Below are positions 57,098-64,000 of a DNA stretch of 64,000 nt, piece by piece. Each line of letters opens with the position of its first letter. Position 1 is the stretch's first letter. Origin of the DNA: Bacteroidota bacterium (GTDB lineage: Bacteria; Bacteroidota; Bacteroidia; Bacteroidales; CAIXZF01). Under the pieces are notes generated by a model. It was not told the origin of the DNA. It saw only the letters and a program-made list of their open reading frames with translations, and did not search any database. The DNA lies in NCBI GenBank assembly GCA_037132075.1, contig JBAXPV010000008.1, forward strand, positions 49,883-113,882, read 5' to 3'. A program made the translations under genes and the position numbers.

Positions 57098-58429
57098 CTA
57101 AATAACCTTATTTCTCCATTTTCCATATCGGAGATAGAGCACCGACAGTATCCCCATGATCAGGAAGTAGACACCTTCGCTGGTCCAGACAAGCTCAATA
57201 GACCTTTTTAATACCAGGGCGATGGCATATACATAAACTAGGTATATAAAAATGGTGAAAAACTCGATACCCATGGCGATATGGGTGTTGGCGGTACCAC
57301 TGACCCCGCTGAAGATTATCTGCGAAAACGAAGACAGCAAAAGTGCTCCGCTGATGACATACAAAGAGGGGAGTGTGCTGTTGATGAGTGCCTGGTCATT
57401 GGTGTAGATGCTGAGGATAGCCCGCGGAAAGATCACAGAAAATACTACGATTCCTGAAAATGTGAGAAAACTTAATATGGAGACCTTTCGCAGGATCGGC
57501 ATCACAAACTCGCTTTTCCCGGCACCGATGGCATTACTGACCAGCGTATTGGCAGCGGCGCTGAAAGCCCATATCGGCAACATCAGGGCCATGTAGGCAG
57601 AACGGATAATATTTGAGATGGCAAGATCATGCTGACCCATTTTTTCAATAATCATAAAAAAAGTAAACCAACCACCCAGGCTCACAAAGTATTGTAACAT
57701 GATGAAGATTGAAATCTCCAGGGTCTTTTTAATGACACCCATATCCAACTTCTCAAAGTGAAAGATCCCGTACTTTGCCATGTTGTATTTGCGGATCGTG
57801 ATCAAAAACATAAAGATAGCGGAGACTGCTTCTGCAATGGCAGCGGCGAGACCAGCCCCGGCAATGCCCATTCGTGGGAAACCCCAGTTTCCAAAGATCA
57901 AAATCCACGCTAAAAGAATGTTGACCAGGGCCATCATGATTGCAGCCCATAAGAGCATACGGGTGCGGGCAATTCCTACGTAAAAACCACGGAAGAGTCC
58001 GGAAACAAAGGCAAAGAAGATACCCCAGATTCGATAATGTAAAAAATCAAGACTCGCCTGGGCGATGGCTGGTGATGTAATAAAGCGGTGTAAAAAAACA
58101 GGAGAAAAATACTTGATGATCAAAAAGATAATGATCGAAAGTGCGAAAAGAAAATAGAGGCTGTGGTCAAAGATGCTGCCGACATCCTTGAAATTTTTCT
58201 CTCCACAACGACGGGCGATCAGGATCTGTCCGCCCATACTGAATCCAAAACCCAGCATAAACAAGGAGAAGTACAAGAGGCCCCCGATTGCCATGGCTCC
58301 TAGTTCGACTTCCCCAACACGTCCCAGGAAGGCCGTGTCGGTGATGTTGATCAGGTTCTGAGCCACCATACTTAGAATGATGGGATAGGATATCGCCCAG
58401 ATCTCCTTATTGGTAGGGGTTACTTTCAA
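57098..58429 (-). CDS. MATE family efflux transporter
   Basis: DTAFLGRVGEVELGA, GFPRMGIAGAGLA, 12 TM segments. Confidence 0.92.
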   Translation of the reverse strand: MKVTPTNKEIWAISYPIILSMVAQNLINITDTAFLGRVGEVELGAMAIGGLLYFSLFMLGFGFSMGGQILIARRCGEKNFKDVGSIFDHSLYFLFALSIIIFLIIKYFSPVFLHRFITSPAIAQASLDFLHYRIWGIFFAFVSGLFRGFYVGIARTRMLLWAAIMMALVNILLAWILIFGNWGFPRMGIAGAGLAAAIAEAVSAIFMFLITIRKYNMAKYGIFHFEKLDMGVIKKTLEISIFIMLQYFVSLGGWFTFFMIIEKMGQHDLAISNIIRSAYMALMLPIWAFSAAANTLVSNAIGAGKSEFVMPILRKVSILSFLTFSGIVVFSVIFPRAILSIYTNDQALINSTLPSLYVISGALLLSSFSQIIFSGVSGTANTHIAMGIEFFTIFIYLVYVYAIALVLKRSIELVWTSEGVYFLIMGILSVLYLRYGKWRNKVI

Positions 58430-58436
58430 GGAATAA

Positions 58437-59231
58437 TTAGAATTTTATGGTAAATTCATCCCAGTCGAGACCCACATTGAATTTTTCACGGATATCGCGA
58501 AGCTCTTCCCAGTTCAGGCTGATGGTGGCTTCACTGTCCATGTTGGCAGGGACTCCAAGCAGGCGTTTGCCCTTGGGGTCAATGATGACGCTGTCGCCAG
58601 AGTATGCAATTCCTTTACCATCACGACCGACGCGGTTCACACCGGCAACGTAAGAAAGGTTTTCCATGGCACGGGCCATCAACAGGCTTTTCCATGCGAG
58701 GTTGCGGGCTTCTGGCCAATTGGCGATATAAATCAAAACATCATACTCGTATTGACCGGCTTTGTAAGTATTTTTCGACCATACCGGGAAACGAAGGTCG
58801 TAACAGACTAGAGGGCAGATCCGCCAGCCATTGAGTTCAACAATGCGCTTGTGGCTCCCGGCCCGAAACAAAAGATGTTCATCAGCCATGCGGAAGAGGT
58901 GACGTTTGTCATAGGTATCCATATTACCGTCGGGACGCATCCAGACAAGGCGGTTATAAAAATTCACTCCCTCACGGATGACGAGACTACCGCAGATCAC
59001 GCAGTCCAGCTCTTTGGCCTTTTGGCTAAGCCATTGCACGCTCGGTCCACCGGGGCTTTCAGCAATTTGCTCGGGCTCAACTGAAAATCCTGTGTTAAAC
59101 ATCTCCGGGAGCAGGATGAGGTCCTGCATTCCTTTGTAGTCGCGGAGTTTTTCATCAAAACGTGCGAGGTTTCCGGCAACATCCTCCCAGAGTAATTCAG
59201 ACTGAAATAAAGTTATCCTCAGATCTTGCAT
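58437..59231 (-). CDS. yafV: Omega-amidase (YafV-like nitrilase family)
   Basis: LLPEMFNTGF, YDKRHLF, VCYDLRFPVW, ANWP. Confidence 0.88.
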   Translation of the reverse strand: MQDLRITLFQSELLWEDVAGNLARFDEKLRDYKGMQDLILLPEMFNTGFSVEPEQIAESPGGPSVQWLSQKAKELDCVICGSLVIREGVNFYNRLVWMRPDGNMDTYDKRHLFRMADEHLLFRAGSHKRIVELNGWRICPLVCYDLRFPVWSKNTYKAGQYEYDVLIYIANWPEARNLAWKSLLMARAMENLSYVAGVNRVGRDGKGIAYSGDSVIIDPKGKRLLGVPANMDSEATISLNWEELRDIREKFNVGLDWDEFTIKF

Positions 59232-60376
59232 AGAATCTCAGCAGCTTTTTCCAATGTCTCATTCTTCTTGGCAAAACAAAACCTGAGCACTTTATTGTCA
59301 GTTTTCTGCTGATAAAAGGGTGAAACAGGAATTGCAGCCAAGCCAAATTCTTTCGTCAGGCGGATGGCATAATCAAGGTCCTTTTCTTTCGAAATTGCAC
59401 TGTAATCCAGTAACTGGAAGTAAGTGCCATGACTGGGAATGATGCGAAAACGACTGCCTTCGATAAGTTTCACAAAGTAGTCGCGCCTTTCCTGGTAGAA
59501 CGCTGACAAGCCGGTATAATTCGACTTATCCTGCATAAACTCTGCCAGGGCATATTGAATAGGGGTATTTACAGAAAAGACAATAAATTGGTGTGTCTTC
59601 CGGAATTCGCTCATGAGGTTCTCCGGGGCTAAGACAAAACCCATCTTCCAACCGGTTGCATGAAAGGTTTTTCCAAAAGAGCCCACGATGAGTGAACGCT
59701 TCGCCAGTTGGGGATAACGGCAGATACTCTCATGACGCAAATCATCGAAAATGAGATGCTCATAGACCTCATCCGACAAAATCAGGATGTCAGAGTTTTC
59801 GGTAATGGTGTTGAGTTCCTTCATGTCCGACTCCCGCAAAACCGCTCCGCTGGGATTGTGCGGGGTATTGATGATGATCATGCGGGTACGGGAGGTGATC
59901 ATCTTTTTTACTTCATTCCAGTCGATATGATAATCCGGGAGTTTGAGCTCCGAATGTTTTACCATACCATTGTTGAGTTTGATCACCGGAGAATATGAAT
60001 CATAAGCAGGTTCGAAGATAATGACTTCGTCATCTTCCCGAACGAATGCCTCAATGATAGAGGAAATTGCCTGTGTGCCGCCAGCCGTGATGTTGATCTC
60101 AGTCTCAGGATCATAATTTGCCCCGTACATGTCGTGTACCTTGGAGGAAATAGCCTGACGTAGTGGTAAAATACCAGTCATGGGGGCATATTGATTGTGA
60201 CCCTCTTTCATGTATTTGTGGATGAGGTCAATCAAAACAGGGGATACCTCGAAATCAGGAAATCCCTGGCTCAGGTTGATGGCACCATGCTCATGGGCAA
60301 GCTTTGACATGACAGCAAAGATAGATGTGCCGACATTCGGAAGTTTAGAAGATATATTTCCAGGAAATTTTTCCAT
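59219..60376 (-). CDS. ybdL: Methionine/glutamine aminotransferase (YbdL-like, class I)
   Basis: SKLPNVGTSIF, INLSQGFPDF, SDEVYEH, SFGKTFHATGWK, LRFCFAK; TACCTTTG at 60398..60405. Confidence 0.9.
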   Translation of the reverse strand: MEKFPGNISSKLPNVGTSIFAVMSKLAHEHGAINLSQGFPDFEVSPVLIDLIHKYMKEGHNQYAPMTGILPLRQAISSKVHDMYGANYDPETEINITAGGTQAISSIIEAFVREDDEVIIFEPAYDSYSPVIKLNNGMVKHSELKLPDYHIDWNEVKKMITSRTRMIIINTPHNPSGAVLRESDMKELNTITENSDILILSDEVYEHLIFDDLRHESICRYPQLAKRSLIVGSFGKTFHATGWKMGFVLAPENLMSEFRKTHQFIVFSVNTPIQYALAEFMQDKSNYTGLSAFYQERRDYFVKLIEGSRFRIIPSHGTYFQLLDYSAISKEKDLDYAIRLTKEFGLAAIPVSPFYQQKTDNKVLRFCFAKKNETLEKAAEILCKI

Positions 60377-60447
60377 TCAGATTTTTAAAATTGCCTGCAA
60401 AGGTAGTCATAAAATTGTAAAGTCCAGAATTCCGGTCACATAAAGGC

Positions 60448-61092
60448 TTAGTCAGACTCAAAAGATTGCCGGTTCAGACGATACAAAACTCCTTTTTCGG
60501 AAATGTCAATATGCAGCAACTCCAGGCTGAGCAGGTTAACAAGAATCTGTTCTGCTTCAGTTTTTGTCAGCCTGGCAATCTCACAGAATCCTTCGAAATC
60601 GATAGCGTCATTAAGGCCGAGATATTTCAGCAAAAATTCCTCCACTCCAGAAAAGCGAAGTGTCGTCGCGATGCCTTCCTTTTGTCTTGCCCATACTTTT
60701 AGCAAGATGTCATTGGCCAGGAGGTTTTGATCTTTTACCCGGATGTATGCCATCCATCGGCCATCGGTTTCACTGGCATAGTAGGGGCGGCGGTTTCCGG
60801 GATTGATAATCACCTCAACCACTGTCTTTAATCCGATTTTCCATCGCACTGCCTTGAATTTTATTACTGGTTTGCAATACATATCCGCAGCACCTTCCAG
60901 CATAAAGATCTCTTCTTCAGATCGTACCCCGGCAATGGCGCCATTGTCTTTCACCCCGACCAGCAGCCTTCCGCCGTCGGTATTGGCAAAAGCGACCATG
61001 GTCCGGGCGATCTTACGGGCATCCGAGATCTCGAATTTAAAGTCGAGTTGCTGGTGTTCACCTTCGGCGATAAGTTTTTGGAGGTAGTCCAT
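60448..61092 (-). CDS. AlbA_2 (Schlafen-like) domain protein with C-terminal wHTH-like region
   Basis: EGEHQQLDFKF, AFANTDGGRLLVGVKDNG. Confidence 0.85.
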   Translation of the reverse strand: MDYLQKLIAEGEHQQLDFKFEISDARKIARTMVAFANTDGGRLLVGVKDNGAIAGVRSEEEIFMLEGAADMYCKPVIKFKAVRWKIGLKTVVEVIINPGNRRPYYASETDGRWMAYIRVKDQNLLANDILLKVWARQKEGIATTLRFSGVEEFLLKYLGLNDAIDFEGFCEIARLTKTEAEQILVNLLSLELLHIDISEKGVLYRLNRQSFESD

Positions 61093-61105
61093 GGGGGCAA
61101 AGATA

Positions 61106-61146
61106 GGGAAATGGGGGACGGGGGGATGGGGGATGGGGGATGGGGG
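61106..61146 (+). repeat. G-rich heptamer tandem repeat (GGGGGAT-like)
   Basis: GGGAAATGGGGGACGGGGGGATGGGGGATGGGGGATGGGGG, adjacent to the TATCTTTG -7 element (61098..61105, minus strand). Confidence 0.8.
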
Positions 61147-61339
61147 AATTTGCAGGGTTCAGACTTATACTTCTCCTTTAACTTGGTGCTTCTTGCTGCT
61201 TATATCTTACTTCAAAAGCCCTTCCTATCCGGACGAAAAAAGGGGTTTCATCATCGTGGTAAGCATTTGTGCTTTATGGGTTATCAGGAGTCATAGTCCA
61301 ATTATTTAAAAGTTATATGCAATACTTTCATCCTTATCA

Positions 61340-63478
61340 TTATTTTTTGGGTTCCATTAGTTTTTCTACTATACCCATTAATTTGGCATTTTGTTTTTTA
61401 AGCTCTTCTATTTGTTGTTGTTGTTCCTGCATCGCTTTCACCATTGGCACTACAAACTCAGCATAACGAAGACCGTAAAAGTCATTTTCATTCTTAGGTT
61501 TATCGACGCCACTGAAATCAAAACCAAGCTCTTTTGCGGCCTGTTCTACTTCTTGTGCAAAGAAACCTGAGTAAAGATATTTTACTGCGTCTTTTTCGGA
61601 ATCTTCTAATCGCAGGCTATCAGGAGTATGTATAGACCTGGCTTGTGCATCCAAATCGTAATGATAAGAAACAGGACGTAATTTCATGACAAAGTTCAAA
61701 CCAGGAATATTCTCCTTTACGTCCTTTTTAAAGCGTTTGTCCGATAAAGTAGTCCAGCCTACCTGACCACCAATACTTGAAATACTTGAATTTCCAATGC
61801 GAACCTGATTTGAAGCTGAAATAGAAGCGTTATAGCCTATAGCTGTAGAATTCGTATAGTTTGTAATACTAGAAAAACTTTGATAGCCTAAAGCTGTATT
61901 ATTTGTACCAGCCGTGCCAAACATCATTGAATTCATTCCAATGGCAGTATTTCCATCACCTAAGGTATTTGAATATAGTGCCTGATAACCAATGCCTGTA
62001 TTATAGCTTCCTAAAGTATTATAATTCAATGAGGCGCAACCAACAGCTGTGCTTGAATTTCCAGATGAATTTGCATAAAGAGACCCGAAACCAACGGCGG
62101 TTAGACTAAATCCTCCTGAATTTGTAAATAATGATGAATGGCCTATGGCGACATTTAAAGCGCCATTGGTGTTATTTTTTAACGCCTCATGGCCAATCGC
62201 TATATTATGATAACCTGAATTGTTCATTTTTAATGAATTACTTCCTATTCCGATGTTTTCATATCCAAGAGCTATGTTTTTTAGACAATTAGCACCTATA
62301 CCAATATTTGTTGAGTTGGGAGATAAATAACTTCCGGCATTGTAACCTAAATACAGACAAGAAACCTCTGATTCTCCAATAAAACCGGCAACAGTGTTAT
62401 TTACTTTAAAAGTCAGTGGCTGTGCATCTGTTGTGCCAATGAAATTAGTCATTGGGAAAGTACCTGTGTTCCCATACAAAGACCAACTATATGAATTAAT
62501 TGGCAGCCAGGCTGTATTACCGGTAGAATTGGAAACCAGCATACAGCCTTCTGCTGCCCCTGTTGTAAGCATTATCTGGTTAGCCACAATTTTACCAGCA
62601 ACTTCAAGTTTTTCTAATGGTTGTGTTACTCCTATCCCAACATTGCCAGAATATCCAGGACTTGGGAAAAAATGAAAATATTTTGCTTTAAATGATAGGA
62701 AATCATCCCCATCTTCTTCTCCCAGAGTTACATAACTGGCATCACCGAATTTTAAATAACTATTATTAGCTGCTGAAGTCCAAACAGATCCATCACTAAT
62801 TTTTGTATTTCCACTTATCTGTAGTTTTTCACTAGGACTTGTCATTCCTAAACCCATATATGAACCATTTTGATAGAATTGGGAGTTCTCCCCTGAAGTT
62901 GAGCTATTGAACTTAATCAGGTAATTACTATTTCCATTGATATTAACAGAGCCTGCAGGCCCTGTTAAGCCAATGGGCCCCGTTGAACCAGTAGCGCCAG
63001 TTAAGCCGATAGGACCTTGTGGACCTATAGGACCCTGCAGACCTTGAGGTCCGGTAGGCCCGGGAATGGAACTACCTGAATTTGCAGCATATAAGGCGTA
63101 TGGAACACTCAGTAATTGATCACTTCCCATTAAAATATAACTACTGCCACCGCTTGGGTCAAACTCGACCTGTAAAAAATAGGGACCACTTCCCCAGGAA
63201 ATACCTGTAAAACTGCCACTTATAACAGTTCCACTTCCAATATTAAGGTTTGCTAACCCAAAGTTATTGGTCGTTACATTGTGCGTTTCAGAATATACAT
63301 TAGTTCCAGATGCGGTACCTTGTAAAATACTTAATCTGAAACTAACCGATTGATTGTTAATAGTATTCCCGGATAAGTCGCGGACCACGGATTGATATTT
63401 AAAGGCATTAGGCCCCTGGGAAAATAATGAACCTATAAACATCATAAGCCCAAGACATAAAAGTATGGTTCTTTTCAT
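61340..63478 (-). CDS. Secreted fiber-like protein: collagen-like repeat, beta-solenoid repeats and C-terminal peptidase S74 (intramolecular chaperone) domain
   Basis: Signal ending LFS-Q; FKYQSVVRD N-domain; (Gxx)n GPTGPQGLQGPIGPQG; N.AIG..AL..N repeats; SDKRFKKDV...GFFAQEV...LRYAEFV..MVKAMQE plus coiled coil. Confidence 0.85.
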   Translation of the reverse strand: MKRTILLCLGLMMFIGSLFSQGPNAFKYQSVVRDLSGNTINNQSVSFRLSILQGTASGTNVYSETHNVTTNNFGLANLNIGSGTVISGSFTGISWGSGPYFLQVEFDPSGGSSYILMGSDQLLSVPYALYAANSGSSIPGPTGPQGLQGPIGPQGPIGLTGATGSTGPIGLTGPAGSVNINGNSNYLIKFNSSTSGENSQFYQNGSYMGLGMTSPSEKLQISGNTKISDGSVWTSAANNSYLKFGDASYVTLGEEDGDDFLSFKAKYFHFFPSPGYSGNVGIGVTQPLEKLEVAGKIVANQIMLTTGAAEGCMLVSNSTGNTAWLPINSYSWSLYGNTGTFPMTNFIGTTDAQPLTFKVNNTVAGFIGESEVSCLYLGYNAGSYLSPNSTNIGIGANCLKNIALGYENIGIGSNSLKMNNSGYHNIAIGHEALKNNTNGALNVAIGHSSLFTNSGGFSLTAVGFGSLYANSSGNSSTAVGCASLNYNTLGSYNTGIGYQALYSNTLGDGNTAIGMNSMMFGTAGTNNTALGYQSFSSITNYTNSTAIGYNASISASNQVRIGNSSISSIGGQVGWTTLSDKRFKKDVKENIPGLNFVMKLRPVSYHYDLDAQARSIHTPDSLRLEDSEKDAVKYLYSGFFAQEVEQAAKELGFDFSGVDKPKNENDFYGLRYAEFVVPMVKAMQEQQQQIEELKKQNAKLMGIVEKLMEPKK

Positions 63479-63973
63479 AAGACATAGATAACAGATTTGT
63501 AAAATTCGGATATGATAAATTTTTAATTATCGGATACGCGTCGAATATTTTCTTTAAATTGATCAGCAATATTGCTTTAAAAATTAAAATAATTTGGAAG
63601 TGATGGAAGTATCTTTTTTGAATGGAATTGCCTTCTTTTCAAGGCTGTTGTGTAGTAAGTCCTGTAATTTGTACCTATTGAATAATAGAATAATTTTCTG
63701 AACCGGTTGTTAAAACCAATTTCAATAAAGTTAGAACATTCAAAATATCATATGTAAGCTATGGTAATGCAAATATATATAAAAGGTTTTGTATTGGGGA
63801 ATAATTAAGTATTAATTTTTAAAAAAAACAATAAGCTATCTATGTATCACTATAACAACTGTGCTTTTCTTTGCCAGGTAAAGCTTCCAAAAAAAATTCC
63901 CCAAAGTTGTAATTTAATATTATTTCGGTATTTTTGTACTTTAATTCTTTTATTAACATCAATATTCGTACGT

Positions 63974-64000
63974 ATGAAAAAACAATTCGCTCTCATTATC
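63974..64000 (+). CDS. Probable start of a secreted protein, truncated by the window end
   Basis: ATG MKKQFALII after an AT-rich leader; only 9 codons visible. Confidence 0.35.

Noticed and set aside
61214-61310. Possible PD40/TolB-repeat gene remnant on the minus strand (AYHDDETPFF..PDRK)
   Set aside because: Very short, and needs both a stop and a frameshift; not supportable by eye
810-62675. Many 60-180 aa ORFs antisense to or nested in larger genes
   Set aside because: Shadow frames of well-supported genes with no motifs or independent start signals
61340-63478. Prophage tail gene
   Set aside because: Has a Sec signal peptide and no neighbouring phage structural or integration genes

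Overview
A 64-kb stretch of a Bacteroidota chromosome, probably a free-living Bacteroidales-like lineage: it has TAnnTTTG -7 promoters, many T9SS C-terminal-domain cargo proteins, rprXY and an S46 peptidase. Housekeeping genes (pgk, mlaEF, manC, rlmI, tyrS, lnt, hflX, ybdL/yafV) alternate with accessory envelope and secretion loci. I saw no rRNA, tRNA, CRISPR array, integrase or transposase. Highlights: (1) 43.4-49.2 kb carries what looks like a complete cyclic-nucleotide signalling module: an HD hydrolase, an NTT/TLC-like MFS transporter fused to HEAT repeats, a stand-alone cNMP-binding protein, and a convergent periplasmic-TPR class III adenylate cyclase, with a large secreted protease gene just upstream of the cyclase. 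(2) 1-8.2 kb carries two mirror-image ECF sigma / dual-membrane-spanning anti-sigma-like cassettes, each linked to a member of one T9SS cargo paralog family. Two distinct ECF-type promoter motifs are readable in the sequence (CCCAACC-N15-GTCT and GGCAACC-N16-GTCT), and the second recurs before a distant paralog at 27.5 kb. (3) Several secreted-protein genes show internal deletions at short microhomologies (4.9, 38.6-39.5, 49.5 and 53.6 kb). (4) A cohesin-like/cupredoxin T9SS protein lies near a dockerin-like heparinase lacking a CTD. All product calls come from motif recognition by eye; no searches were run.
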